DNA of 41,067 nt from IMG/VR virus record IMGVR_UViG_2541047898_000010; one strand, 5' to 3'. The number at the start of each line of letters is the position of its first letter. The stretch's first letter is position 1. The notes below the pieces were generated by a model. That model was not told where the DNA came from. It made no database searches and worked only from the letters and a program-made list of their open reading frames with translations. The position numbers were made by a program, and so were the translations under genes. This DNA is from a virus (Duplodnaviria > Heunggongvirae > Uroviricota > Caudoviricetes). Below are positions 30,663 to 40,866 of this stretch, one piece after another.

Positions 30663-32039
30663 TCATACGTCAGCCCCTTGTGCATATCGTCTGCCACGCG
30701 CAGCGGGTGCATTTGATGTTGTGCAAATCTGTCTGGCTTCATCCTGGTCACATGCAACAAAGTGTCCGTTGCAGAACCGCTGGTAAACCGTACCAAGCGA
30801 GCCAAAACGGTTTTTCGTCACGATGATTTCAGCAAATGGCGCGGCGCTACTGTTCTCGTCATATACCGCTTCCCGATAGAGCATGATGATTGAGTCTGCG
30901 TCCTGTTCAATGCTTCCTGAATCACGCAAATCTGCGTTTGTCGGGCGTTTGTTTGGTCGCTTCTCAACATCGCGCGAAAGCTGACTCAGGGAGATAACTG
31001 GCGTTTTCAGGTCTTTCGCCATCGCCTTAAGGCTTCCTGAGATGTGAGCAATTGCGAGGTCGTTGCGGTCTGCTTTCGGCTTCTCAATCAGGCCAAGATA
31101 ATCCGCCATGATGAGTGAGAGGTTTGGATTTTCCTGTTTGTGCCGCTCTGCGATTGAGCGAATTTCTTCTACCGATAACCGCGAGGCATCGACTACCCAT
31201 ACATCCAAATCTGCAAGCTGACTCATGCCGTTAGCAACACGCGCCCAGCCTTCGTCATCCATCGATGCAGGATTTCGCAGTACGCTAACCGACATCCTCC
31301 CGGCGTTGGCAATGCTTCGCTCTGCAATCTGCAATGCGCTCATTTCCATCGAGAAAATCAACACTCCGCGCCGGACGTCAGAACCAGGAATAACGCGGCT
31401 TGCCACGCCTTCGGCAATCTTCAGCGCCAGTTCGGTTTTCCCCATACCAGGACGAGCGGCGATTATCACCAGATCTTCCGCGTTCATCCCTCCGGTGATG
31501 GCATCAAGTTCTTCGATTCCGGTCTTCAGGGTATCGGACTCTTCTCCGTTCCTCAGACGCCTGTCAAGCGTGTCAGTGTAGTCAGTAATGATTTCCCCTA
31601 ACCGTACAGGTTTTACCTCGTCACGGGGCTTTCTGATGGCTGAAAGACGCTTTACAAGTTCATCCATCGCCTGACTCGATGCGTCGATGGTTCCGCTCTG
31701 AATTGGTTCACGCATTTCATCCATGATTTCCAGCACCAGACGGCGGTGATAGTTATCCGCGACCATTCCGGCATATCCCTTCAGGTTTGCGGCACTCGGG
31801 CAGTTTTTGCTGGTCATCAGGATTGACGTGAAATGCTCCTCTCCGCACGCCTCGGCAACCATCAGCGCGTCGATTAGGTTTCTGTTTCGCGCCTGCTTGC
31901 GGATAACCTCGAAGGCTTTCCGGTAGAGCGGAATTGAAAACGCTTCCGGCTCCAGCGTTGCCAGAACGTCGCTGGCGGTTGGTGTTAATCCACCAATCAG
32001 CAAGCCACCGATAACGCTCGCTTCGATATCCTGTCTCAT
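30663..32039 (-). CDS. Replicative DNA helicase (DnaB-like, P22 gene 12 type)
   Basis: 458 aa; Walker [13 protein letters not shown]; ATGA overlap with initiator gene. Confidence 0.85.
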   Translation of the reverse strand: MRQDIEASVIGGLLIGGLTPTASDVLATLEPEAFSIPLYRKAFEVIRKQARNRNLIDALMVAEACGEEHFTSILMTSKNCPSAANLKGYAGMVADNYHRRLVLEIMDEMREPIQSGTIDASSQAMDELVKRLSAIRKPRDEVKPVRLGEIITDYTDTLDRRLRNGEESDTLKTGIEELDAITGGMNAEDLVIIAARPGMGKTELALKIAEGVASRVIPGSDVRRGVLIFSMEMSALQIAERSIANAGRMSVSVLRNPASMDDEGWARVANGMSQLADLDVWVVDASRLSVEEIRSIAERHKQENPNLSLIMADYLGLIEKPKADRNDLAIAHISGSLKAMAKDLKTPVISLSQLSRDVEKRPNKRPTNADLRDSGSIEQDADSIIMLYREAVYDENSSAAPFAEIIVTKNRFGSLGTVYQRFCNGHFVACDQDEARQICTTSNAPAARGRRYAQGADV

Positions 32040-32866
32040 GCAATCCCCCTGTCTGCAAACTTCCCTTCCCGTACTCCAGTTAACGAATCTTCCCTCAGCA
32101 GGTAATCAAAATCAGCTGTCCAGCCCGTGTCGTTGTCTCCGAAGTAAAACGGCTTGGCCTGATGCACAAACGCCCTGACATACGCTCTGAAACCGTCCAC
32201 GTTTGGCGTTTTCAGTTGCGGGATGATTTTCTTCAGGCGGCGTTTGCGTTTCTCGTTGACCGCAACAGCGTGTGGCAGTCTGTCACCGACTTCGGTGTTG
32301 TAGGCGTTCAGGAAGGATTCATAGTCGATTCGTTCTGCCTTGCGACGTTCAGGTTTAACCTGCCCATCGCCGCCCCCGTTAGGGGGTAAGGGGGTATTTG
32401 TATTTATTGTCTTTTGTATATTGTCTTTTGTGTTTGACTGATTCGGTAAATTGCTTTTTACCGATTTGGTGAAGGTTTGTTTTACCGAATTGGTAAATGT
32501 TTTACCGAATCCGTTAACTTTCGTTTTCCACTCGGAAATGTTTGTATTCATACCAACTTGACGCCCCACCTGAATGAGAACTCCCATTCTGATAAGCTCG
32601 TTTTTGGCGGTAGAGCATTTGGTTGGTGCCATGCCAGTGAGTTCAGCGAACTGTTCGTTTCCGATCCAATCTATTTTTTTGTTGTAACCGTATGTCTTGC
32701 GCCACACAGCCATAACAATCAGTAACTGATGTAGAGTAAGTCCAGAAAGCATGGCGGCTTCTAACAGTGTGTTTGCAGTCCGAGTGTAGCCATCTTCGAG
32801 TTCTGCCACGCGATGCTCCACGACCTCCAGTTGAGGCCTGTAATCAGCTAACTTAACGACGCCCAT
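32036..32866 (-). CDS. Replication initiator (lambda O / P22 gene 18 type) containing ori iterons
   Basis: 276 aa; N-terminal O-like domain; internal repetitive coding segment corresponds to DNA iterons; ATG 32864-32866 with AGGAG. Confidence 0.75.
   Translation of the reverse strand: MGVVKLADYRPQLEVVEHRVAELEDGYTRTANTLLEAAMLSGLTLHQLLIVMAVWRKTYGYNKKIDWIGNEQFAELTGMAPTKCSTAKNELIRMGVLIQVGRQVGMNTNISEWKTKVNGFGKTFTNSVKQTFTKSVKSNLPNQSNTKDNIQKTINTNTPLPPNGGGDGQVKPERRKAERIDYESFLNAYNTEVGDRLPHAVAVNEKRKRRLKKIIPQLKTPNVDGFRAYVRAFVHQAKPFYFGDNDTGWTADFDYLLREDSLTGVREGKFADRGIA
32395..32520. repeat. Origin of replication: AT-rich tract plus iterons (TTTACCGAAT family, direct and inverted; ATTGTCTTTTGT x2)
   Basis: Repeats read directly: attgtcttttgt at 32406 and 32420; ttttaccgat/ttttaccgaat at about 32454, 32478, 32498; inverted copy at 32441. 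Confidence 0.6.
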
Positions 32867-33014
32867 GTTTCACTCCTGCTTTGGCTAGTCTGTAAACACC
32901 AACAAGGCGCTCTGCGAACGCCCTGTTATTTGCTGCGGCTACCACTAATCCCTCAGGTGAATCAGGGTGTCGAATCTCTTCTTTTTCCTGGTATTTCTTA
33001 CGACGTTTTGTCAT
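32853..33014 (-). CDS. Possible small basic protein between cII and initiator gene (53 codons, not in track)
   Basis: ATG 33012-33014 preceded by AGGAG; MTKRRKKYQEKEEIRHPDSPEG...; overlaps start of initiator gene. Confidence 0.3.
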   Translation of the reverse strand: MTKRRKKYQEKEEIRHPDSPEGLVVAAANNRAFAERLVGVYRLAKAGVKHGRR

Positions 33015-33046
33015 AATTACTCCTGTGGATTGATCCAGTAATGACC

Positions 33047-33340
33047 TCAGAATTCCATCTGGATTTGTTCAGAACGCTCGGTTGCCGCCGGGCGTTTTTT
33101 ATTGGTGAGAATCGAAGCAACTTGTCGTGCCAATCGAGCCATGTCGTCGTCGACGACACCCCATTCAAGAACAGCAAGCAGCATTGAGAACTTTGGAATC
33201 CAATCCCTCTTCCACCTGCTGATCTGCGACTTATCAACTCCCACAGCTTCCGCTGTCTTCTCAGTTCCAAGCATTGCGATTTTGTTAAGCAACGCACTCT
33301 CGATTCTTAGAGCCTCGTTGCGTTTGTTTGCACGAACCAT
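33047..33340 (-). CDS. cII: CII transcriptional activator (lambda type)
   Basis: 97 aa from ATG 33338-33340 (MVRANKRNEALRIESALLNKIAMLGTEKTAEAVGVDKSQISRWKRDWIPKF...), near identical to lambda CII. Confidence 0.9.
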   Translation of the reverse strand: MVRANKRNEALRIESALLNKIAMLGTEKTAEAVGVDKSQISRWKRDWIPKFSMLLAVLEWGVVDDDMARLARQVASILTNKKRPAATERSEQIQMEF

Positions 33341-33419
33341 ATGTAAGTATTTCCTTAGATAACAATTGATTGAATGTATGCAAATAAATGCATACACCAT
33401 AGGTGTGGTTTAATTTGAT

Positions 33420-33451
33420 GCCCTTTTTCAGGGCTGGGATGTGTAAGAGCG
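33420..33451 (-). promoter_or_regulatory. nutR (boxB hairpin GCCCTGAAAAAGGGC and boxA-like CGCTCTTA)
   Basis: Plus strand gccctttttcagggc at 33420-33434 and taagagcg at 33444-33451, between cro and cII. Confidence 0.7.
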
Positions 33452-33459
33452 GGAATGTC

Positions 33460-34812
<1,353 letters not shown>

Positions 34813-34862
34813 TCCCCACCTCAATCTCAGTAACCCAAAAACAAACTATTTTCCGTTTAAAA

Positions 34863-34930
34863 ACAATGGAGTTTGTTTTTTGCACCTCCATTTACAATAT
34901 TTCTTGTTTACAACATACAATCTTTCTTGT
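34863..34930. promoter_or_regulatory. OL operator region (three ACAA-N6-TTGT sites) with PL
   Basis: acaatggagtttgt 34863-34876, acaatatttcttgt 34894-34907, acaatctttcttgt 34917-34930. Confidence 0.75.
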
Positions 34931-34974
34931 AATTTTAAGCCATCAGCAGGACGCACTAACCACCATGAAGGTGA

Positions 34975-35005
34975 CGCTCTTAAAAATTAAGCCCTGAAGA
35001 AGGGC
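34975..35005 (+). promoter_or_regulatory. nutL (boxA CGCTCTTA, boxB GCCCTGAAGAAGGGC)
   Basis: Exact lambda-like boxA/boxB read at 34975-34982 and 34991-35005, upstream of N. Confidence 0.8.
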
Positions 35006-35115
35006 AGCATTCAAAGCAGAAAGCTTTGAGTAGCGCGAAATGCAGCTGCAAGACAGCAACCGTGGAGATAAGCATCACGGCGCGTTACTCAAAGCTAACT
35101 GACAGGAGAATCCAG

Positions 35116-35442
35116 ATGGATGCACAAACACGCCGCCGCGAACGTCGCGCAGAGAAACAGGCTCAATGGAAAGCAGCAAATCCCCTGTTGGTTGGGGTAA
35201 GCGCAAAACCAGTTAACCGCCCCATTCTCTCGCTGAATCGCAAACCGAAATCACGAGTAGAAAGCGCACTGAATCCGATAGACCTTACGGTGCTGGCTGA
35301 ATACCACGAACAGATTGAAAGCAACCTGCAACGTATTGAGCGAAAGAATAAGCGCACATGGTACAGAAAGCCACGCAGTGAAATGGGTGTGACTTGTGTT
35401 GGTCGCCAGAAAATGAAATTAGGCAGCAAACCACTTATTTGA
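35116..35442 (+). CDS. N: Antiterminator N (lambda type)
   Basis: 108 aa from ATG 35116 with AGGAG: MDAQTRRRERRAEKQAQWKAANPLLVGVSAKPVNRPILSLNRKPKSRVESALNPIDLTVLAEYH... Confidence 0.85.
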   Translation: MDAQTRRRERRAEKQAQWKAANPLLVGVSAKPVNRPILSLNRKPKSRVESALNPIDLTVLAEYHEQIESNLQRIERKNKRTWYRKPRSEMGVTCVGRQKMKLGSKPLI

Positions 35443-35450
35443 GGTGAGAT

Positions 35451-35537
35451 ATGGAAGAAGAATTTGAAGAGTTCGAAGAGCATCCTCAGGATGTGATGGA
35501 ACAATACCAGGACTATCCGTATGACTACGACTATTGA
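35451..35537 (+). CDS. Possible 28-codon acidic peptide
   Basis: MEEEFEEFEEHPQDVMEQYQDYPYDYDY; ATG preceded by GAGGTG; overlaps ral start. Confidence 0.3.
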   Translation: MEEEFEEFEEHPQDVMEQYQDYPYDYDY

Positions 35538-35721
35538 TAAGAATCAATGGTGTGGACAATTCAAGCGATGCAATGGATGCAAGCTGCAATCGGAATGCAT
35601 GGTTAAGCCTGAAGAAATGCTTCCTGTAATGGAGGATGGGAAATATGTCGATAAATGGGCAATACGAACTACGGCAATGATTGCCAGAGAAATTGGTAAA
35701 CAGAACAACAAGGCTTCCTGA
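35521..35721 (+). CDS. ral: Ral restriction-alleviation protein
   Basis: 66 aa MTTTIDKNQWCGQFKRCNGCKLQSECMVKPEEM... resembles lambda Ral. Confidence 0.7.
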   Translation: MTTTIDKNQWCGQFKRCNGCKLQSECMVKPEEMLPVMEDGKYVDKWAIRTTAMIAREIGKQNNKAS

Positions 35722-35760
35722 TGGTAGCCTTTATTTTTGTCATAAATAACAGAGGCTAAC

Positions 35761-36057
35761 ATGGAATTTAAAGGTACTGAAGGTAAGTGGGAGATAATGA
35801 TGGATGGCGATGAGATTAAAATCATCCAGGCTGACTCACTTGAAAATGGCGCAGGCTGGCGTTCGTATATTGCAATCTGTGAGGAAGTTCAATGCATTGA
35901 AGATGCCAATCTAATAGCGGCAGCACCTGACCTTCTCGAAGCACTTCAGTTATTACTTAAGCAAACCAAAAATAGAACAACGACAACATATCCAGAATGG
36001 TATGGAGCTGTTAATAAAGGTCTTGCAGCAATCAGAAAAGCTCTTGGTGAAGAATGA
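35761..36057 (+). CDS. Hypothetical protein
   Basis: 98 aa; ATG preceded by AGAGG. Confidence 0.45.
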   Translation: MEFKGTEGKWEIMMDGDEIKIIQADSLENGAGWRSYIAICEEVQCIEDANLIAAAPDLLEALQLLLKQTKNRTTTTYPEWYGAVNKGLAAIRKALGEE

Positions 36058-36215
36058 TGAATAAGAAATACATTGTTGAAGTTATAGAGCGAGGAACAAA
36101 AGAAGTAATTAAACATTTCGAATTTGATAATTATAGAAAAGCTGACCGCGTAGAAGAAGGATTGTTGCGACAAAGTAATCTCGAAAAATTTGATGTTGTC
36201 ATGCGATGCGAATAA
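36057..36215 (+). CDS. Possible small protein (52 codons, AT-rich)
   Basis: ATG overlaps preceding stop (ATGA): MNKKYIVEVIERGTKEVIKHFEFDNYRKADRVEEGLLRQSNLEKFDVVMRCE. Confidence 0.3.
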   Translation: MNKKYIVEVIERGTKEVIKHFEFDNYRKADRVEEGLLRQSNLEKFDVVMRCE

Positions 36216-36308
36216 GCGCCTATAGCAGATTTACGAGTCTGCTATGTGAGCAATGTCGCTCGTAACTAAACAGGAGCCGACTTGTTCTGATTATTGGAAA
36301 TCTTCTTT

Positions 36309-36333
36309 GCCCTCCAGTGTGAGGGCTTTTTTA
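36309..36333 (+). terminator. Intrinsic terminator in the PL operon
   Basis: gccctc-cagtgt-gagggc followed by tttttt; a second weaker hairpin at about 36341-36365. Confidence 0.5.
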
Positions 36334-36398
36334 TATGCATACCAATAACGCTTCACTTGAGGCGTTTTCGTTATGCAATCAAATATAAGGAGTTACCC

Positions 36399-36533
36399 AT
36401 GATGCACTTTCAGCTCGCGGGTAGCGGCGTCATGTCCGCTTTCTACCCGCACGAATCTGAATTATCACGCCGAGTTAAACAATTAATCAGAGCAGCAAAG
36501 AAACAACTGGAGGCGTTATGCGCAATGAAATAG
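36399..36533 (+). CDS. cIII: CIII-like protein (FtsH inhibitor, CII stabiliser)
   Basis: 44 aa; ATG preceded by TAAGGAG; ...ESELSRRVKQLIRAAKKQLEAL resembles cIII central helix. Confidence 0.65.
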   Translation: MMHFQLAGSGVMSAFYPHESELSRRVKQLIRAAKKQLEALCAMK

Positions 36534-36670
36534 CCATTAATCACCAGATGCTTCGTGCTGCACAGAACAAAGCAGTAATAGCCAGATTTATTGGTGATTC
36601 AAAAATGTGGCTTGAAGCAAATAAAGCGATGAAATCAGCTATCAACCTTCCGTGGTATCGCAGGAAATGA
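36518..36670 (+). CDS. kil: Kil-like protein
   Basis: 50 codons from ATG 36518 (GGAGG upstream), overlapping cIII end: MRNEIAINHQMLRAAQNKAVIARFIGDSKMWLEANKAMKSAINLPWYRRK. Confidence 0.5.
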   Translation: MRNEIAINHQMLRAAQNKAVIARFIGDSKMWLEANKAMKSAINLPWYRRK

Positions 36671-36745
36671 GTTTTACAGATAACTGGTCAGACGAAGAAT
36701 TCATTCGTCAGATGAAAGAATTAATCGGTAACGAAGGAGATATTC

Positions 36746-36916
36746 ATGTCACTTGCAACCACAGTGAAGGAGAGCAAGTTACAGAGACGCATGTACACGC
36801 AGAAAGCTCTCTGGTATCGCCATAATGGCGACCGCGAAGGAATGCGGGTATGCCTTAATTTGTCCCGAGTCGAAGTATTAAATCAGCGTTATTTCCTTGG
36901 GCCGTGTCCATTCTGA
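36746..36916 (+). CDS. Hypothetical small protein before erf (56 codons)
   Basis: ATG 36746 preceded by AAGGAGA; MSLATTVKESKLQRRMYTQKALWYRHNGDREGMRVCLNLSRVEVLNQRYFLGPCPF. Confidence 0.4.
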   Translation: MSLATTVKESKLQRRMYTQKALWYRHNGDREGMRVCLNLSRVEVLNQRYFLGPCPF

Positions 36917-36926
36917 GAACAATCAT

Positions 36927-37532
36927 ATGAGCAAAGAATTTTACGCAAGACTGGCAGCTATTCAGGAGAATCTGAACGCGCCAAAGAATCAGTACAACTC
37001 ATTCGGTAAATATAAATACAGAAGCTGCGAAGATATTCTTGAAGGCGTTAAGCCGTTACTGAATGGTCTGTTTTTATCAATCAGCGATGAAGTTGTGTTG
37101 ATTGGTGATCGGTATTACGTGAAAGCCACGGCAACTATTACCGATGGCGAAAACAGCCATACGGCAACCGCTCTTGCACGAGAGGAAGAAAGCAAGAAAG
37201 GAATGGATTCTGCACAAGTTACGGGAGCTACAAGCTCTTATGCACGCAAGTATTGCCTCAATGGTTTGTTCGGCATTGATGATGCGAAAGATGCAGATAC
37301 AGACGAGCATAAACATCAGCAGAACGCAGCAGCAAAGCAATCAAAACCATCACCTACACCTGAACAGGTTCTAAAAGCATTCACTGACGCAGCAATGCAG
37401 AAAAACACCGTAGAAGAGCTTAAACAGGCGTTCGCCAAAGCGTGGAAGATGCTCGAAGGCACACCTGAGCAGCACAAAGCGCAGGACGTTTACAACATCA
37501 GACGAGACGAATTAGAAGGAGCTGCTGCTTAA
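36927..37532 (+). CDS. erf: Erf single-strand annealing recombinase
   Basis: 201 aa from ATG 36927: MSKEFYARLAAIQENLNAPKNQYNSFGKYKYRSCEDILEGVKPLL... resembles P22 Erf. Confidence 0.85.
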   Translation: MSKEFYARLAAIQENLNAPKNQYNSFGKYKYRSCEDILEGVKPLLNGLFLSISDEVVLIGDRYYVKATATITDGENSHTATALAREEESKKGMDSAQVTGATSSYARKYCLNGLFGIDDAKDADTDEHKHQQNAAAKQSKPSPTPEQVLKAFTDAAMQKNTVEELKQAFAKAWKMLEGTPEQHKAQDVYNIRRDELEGAAA

Positions 37533-37915
37533 TGGCACATTCGATTACTGTAAGACTAAACAAGCCCGCAAGAGAGTTTCAGGCCGGGGAAAATATCGGA
37601 TTCAACATCCGTGCTGGCGTTCAGTATTACGATCGCCAGACAAAAAAGAAAGAATGGACAAACTACAGCGCCGTTGTATTTGCCAAGCCGGGAGCGCAAG
37701 CGGATTACTACCGTAGTGTTCTTGTTGAAGGTGGCATTGTAGAAATTACCGGAGAAAACATCATGGTTGATGTTTATCAGGGGCAAAATGGTCAATCAAT
37801 CACTCTTGAATTACTGAATGCAAAGATTGGATTTGCAACTTCAGGAAACAGCCAACAGCAACAAAGTAGCAATCATCAAAATCATCCTGAATACGACGAT
37901 TCAATTCCCTTCTAG
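37532..37915 (+). CDS. SSB-like ssDNA-binding protein with acidic C-terminal DDSIPF tip
   Basis: 127 aa; C-terminus EYDDSIPF resembles the conserved bacterial SSB tip (DDDIPF). Confidence 0.55.
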   Translation: MAHSITVRLNKPAREFQAGENIGFNIRAGVQYYDRQTKKKEWTNYSAVVFAKPGAQADYYRSVLVEGGIVEITGENIMVDVYQGQNGQSITLELLNAKIGFATSGNSQQQQSSNHQNHPEYDDSIPF

Positions 37916-37938
37916 ATTAGCAAAATAAGGATTCCATT

Positions 37939-38232
37939 ATGCCAGCGCCTTTGTATGGTGCGGATGACCCGCGCCGCTGTTCCGGCAATTCCGTATCGGA
38001 GGTGCTGGATAAATTCAGAAAAAACTACGATCGAATAATGTCTCTACCGCAGGAAACGAAAGAGGAAAAGGAATTTCGCCACTGTATATGGCTTGCAGAG
38101 AAAGAAGAACGCGAGCGAATTTACCAGACATCAATCCGACCATTCCGCAAAGCCACATATACCCACTTCCCTGAAATTGACCCGCGCCTGCGTAATTACC
38201 GCTCACGCTATGGCGCTATCAGTAATGACTGA
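37939..38232 (+). CDS. abc2: Abc2-like anti-RecBCD protein
   Basis: 97 aa [56 protein letters not shown]... resembles P22 Abc2. Confidence 0.65.
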   Translation: MPAPLYGADDPRRCSGNSVSEVLDKFRKNYDRIMSLPQETKEEKEFRHCIWLAEKEERERIYQTSIRPFRKATYTHFPEIDPRLRNYRSRYGAISND

Positions 38233-38242
38233 GGAATTTACC

Positions 38243-38407
38243 ATGAGAGGACTTGCATACAATCCCGGCATTCTTCCGGCAGAAATGATTATTCGCCAAC
38301 GCGTAAAGCCAATGCCATCGAGAGAGGAATTGCTTAAGAGAAATTCTTTTCCGTCAGTGAATCAAAACAAATATCTGAATGCGATGTTGCGGAGTGGGAA
38401 GAAATGA
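38243..38407 (+). CDS. Hypothetical small protein
   Basis: ATG 38243 preceded by GAGGAA; 54 aa. Confidence 0.35.
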   Translation: MRGLAYNPGILPAEMIIRQRVKPMPSREELLKRNSFPSVNQNKYLNAMLRSGKK

Positions 38408-38853
38408 AACAAATGTCACTAATTGAGATGGATGGTTTTCTGAAAGGTAAATGCATCCCACGAGATTTAAAGGTTAACGAAACAAACGCTGAATATCTGG
38501 TGCGTAAGTTCGGTGAGCTTGAATCAAAACTGGAAACGGCGTTGCGGGAGTGTCGTTCTGCTGGAATCACGATTGATAACCTTGAGGCTAAATGCGCGAA
38601 GATGGCTGCAGAAAATACCTCGCTTAAGCAATCTGAGAAGGAATTTAATGACTTTTGTCGTGAGGAGTTTAGCGAATGGGAAGATGATGTTACTGAAACC
38701 CCAGCCACCGATGCTTTTCTGGCTGAAGTACGGGCGCAGGGCGTGGAGATGGCTATGGAGCATATGCGGTCGAGCGGTTCGTTAACATTTGGAGATTGCT
38801 ACATATCACTTAACGAGTTCGCCGCCCAGCTTCGCAAAGGAGGCAACCAGTGA
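38404..38853 (+). CDS. Hypothetical protein
   Basis: 149 aa; ATGA overlap with upstream gene. Confidence 0.45.
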   Translation: MKQMSLIEMDGFLKGKCIPRDLKVNETNAEYLVRKFGELESKLETALRECRSAGITIDNLEAKCAKMAAENTSLKQSEKEFNDFCREEFSEWEDDVTETPATDAFLAEVRAQGVEMAMEHMRSSGSLTFGDCYISLNEFAAQLRKGGNQ

Positions 38854-39293
38854 GCAAGATTGACTATCAGGCACTGCGTGACAAGGCAGAGAAAGCAACG
38901 TGTGGCGTGTGGTCGCTCGAATATGGAGAGGAGAGATTTGATGCTGGTGATGCGCTAATTCATCGTGAAGTTGTTGGATATCTTCCCATTTGCAGAATTG
39001 AAGGAGCGCATCCTGAAAGCGGTTTCGATGAAGATTTCCAAATGGAACAGCAGGCCAATGCTGAATTCATCGCCGCAGCCAATCCAGCTACCGTCTTGGC
39101 GCTGCTGGGCGAGCTGGAAACAGCAAAAAAGCGCATAGCAGAACTGGAAGAGCGGGAAATACTGCTCCCGGAACGTAGCAGCATGCTTCATCGAACAGAT
39201 TTTCACGATGATTACCAAACGGTAATGGCATACAAAGTTTCTGAAGTCATCGATGCAATCCGCGCTACTGGCATTCGCATCAAAGGAGAGTGA
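38850..39293 (+). CDS. Ead/Ea22-like protein
   Basis: 147 aa; ...NPATVLALLGELETAKKRIAELE... typical of Ea22-like proteins. Confidence 0.5.
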   Translation: MSKIDYQALRDKAEKATCGVWSLEYGEERFDAGDALIHREVVGYLPICRIEGAHPESGFDEDFQMEQQANAEFIAAANPATVLALLGELETAKKRIAELEEREILLPERSSMLHRTDFHDDYQTVMAYKVSEVIDAIRATGIRIKGE

Positions 39294-39294
39294 G

Positions 39295-39486
39295 ATGAAC
39301 GGGCAAATATCAATTGTTCGACCGGGAGCATGTGACGATCGCGAGATACGACTGATTATTCGTCTGGCGATGGGGAAAACAATAACAGCTCTCATTACTC
39401 CAGAAAATCTCGCATTAGCGTTAACAGGAAAGTCAGACCTGCCAGTAGAGCTAAAGCTGCGAAATGTTGAGATTAAGGTGAAATAG
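39295..39486 (+). CDS. Hypothetical small protein
   Basis: ATG 39295 preceded by AAAGGAGAG; 63 aa. Confidence 0.4.
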   Translation: MNGQISIVRPGACDDREIRLIIRLAMGKTITALITPENLALALTGKSDLPVELKLRNVEIKVK

Positions 39487-39488
39487 CT

Positions 39489-40157
39489 ATGACCACTATT
39501 ACCAAAGAACGTATCGAATTATTCATTAAAAATCCGCTTGATAACGGACTTACTCGTGGCGAACAAATGGAACTGGCACGAATTGCACTGGCATCACTGG
39601 AACGCGAACTGATTCGCCACGAGCATGCCAAATGGTCTGACTCCACATTTGGCTGCGTTGGCCCCATTGGTCCGCTGAAACATCTCTCAAAAGAGGCACT
39701 GGAAGCCGCAGCCGAACCAGACGATCTTAGCGAGTGGGCTGATATGCAGTTTCTGTTGTGGGATGCACAGCGCCGTGCTGGCATCAGCGATGCTGAAATT
39801 ACCGCTGCTATGGAAGATAAATTGAAGATCAACATGGAGCGCCAGTGGCCTGAGCCAAAAGATGGTGAGCCTCGCTTGCACATTAAAGAACCCGGCAACT
39901 ATCCGGTAACTCCGGATGGTTGGATAAGCTGTAGTGAGCGAATGCCAGAAATGGGAGAGCGACAATGCTATGTGTTAGCAGCTGACTTTAAAAACAACTA
40001 CCCACCAAACATCCCCAACACTCAGGTCGGCGTATATGGCGACTGGTTTAATGATGGCAATCCAACTTGGGATGACGGTGATGGCGAAGACCTGTATCTC
40101 AAAGAGGTAACCCACTGGATGCCTCTACCAGAACCGCCTCGATTAAAGGAGCTATAA
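39489..40157 (+). CDS. DUF551-type protein (Eaa-like)
   Basis: 222 aa; C-terminal VTHWMPLPEPP signature. Confidence 0.55.
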   Translation: MTTITKERIELFIKNPLDNGLTRGEQMELARIALASLERELIRHEHAKWSDSTFGCVGPIGPLKHLSKEALEAAAEPDDLSEWADMQFLLWDAQRRAGISDAEITAAMEDKLKINMERQWPEPKDGEPRLHIKEPGNYPVTPDGWISCSERMPEMGERQCYVLAADFKNNYPPNIPNTQVGVYGDWFNDGNPTWDDGDGEDLYLKEVTHWMPLPEPPRLKEL

Positions 40158-40271
40158 TAGTGAACTATTATATCTATTTGTATTAAAAGAGTTTTTATAA
40201 AATAAATCTTCCAAAGCATGTAAAAACACTGTTAATCTTAACGTGTGTGAAACGTGAAGAGAGGTGTTGAA

Positions 40272-40553
40272 ATGAGCATTCATGATTTGTGTGAAGATCA
40301 AGAGCAATGGGCTATGCAGACCCTTATGGGATCAGGAGTTCTTGCAAGGTGCAGAATCCATAACGATGTAATTTTAGACAGCGGAAATGATGCTTCTTCT
40401 GCTTATAAATTAGGAACTTACCTATATCAAAAAGATAATAGCTGCAACTTATTCAATACTCTTACTGAAGCCCGCGACGCAATAAAGGATGCATATGAAT
40501 CGTATTGTGGGATTGATGATTGCCCACAATGCTCAAAATACATTGACGATTAA
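40272..40553 (+). CDS. AT-rich moron protein with C-terminal CPQC motif
   Basis: ATG 40272 preceded by GAAGAGAGG; AT-rich upstream leader; terminator downstream. Confidence 0.45.
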   Translation: MSIHDLCEDQEQWAMQTLMGSGVLARCRIHNDVILDSGNDASSAYKLGTYLYQKDNSCNLFNTLTEARDAIKDAYESYCGIDDCPQCSKYIDD

Positions 40554-40573
40554 TAATATGAACAAGTAACTAT

Positions 40574-40599
40574 CCTCGCACTCGCGGGGATTTCTTTTA
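40574..40599 (+). terminator. Intrinsic terminator after moron gene
   Basis: cctcgcactcgcgggg followed by atttctttt. Confidence 0.5.
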
Positions 40600-40641
40600 T
40601 CTGAACTCGCTACGGCGGGTTTTGTTTTATGGAGATGATAA

Positions 40642-40809
40642 ATGCACTTTCGAGTCACAGGTGAATGGAATGGAGAGCCATTCAACAGAGTTATCGAAGC
40701 AGAGAACATCAATGACTGCTATGACCACTGGATGCTATGGGCGCAGATAGCACATGCAGACATAACCAATATTCGAATTGAAGAACTGAAAGAACACCAA
40801 GCCGCCTGA
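40642..40809 (+). CDS. Possible small protein upstream of xis (55 codons)
   Basis: ATG preceded by GGAG: MHFRVTGEWNGEPFNRVIEAENINDCYDHWMLWAQIAHADITNIRIEELKEHQAA. Confidence 0.35.
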   Translation: MHFRVTGEWNGEPFNRVIEAENINDCYDHWMLWAQIAHADITNIRIEELKEHQAA

Positions 40810-40822
40810 TGGCGGTTTTTTA
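40798..40822 (+). terminator. Intrinsic terminator
   Basis: gccgcc-tgat-ggcgg followed by ttttttta. Confidence 0.5.
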
Positions 40823-40866
40823 TTACCTGATTTGCAGGTTCGATTCCCTATTCGGAGATAGCACTC

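Noticed and set aside
32998-33297. 99-aa ORF overlapping cII in another frame
   Set aside because: cII is near identical to the lambda protein; the overlapping frame is most likely spurious
40832-40847. Calling this 16-mer the att core
   Set aside because: Downstream sequence does not reconstitute a tRNA 3' end and no second copy is present in the window; kept only as a finding to be tested
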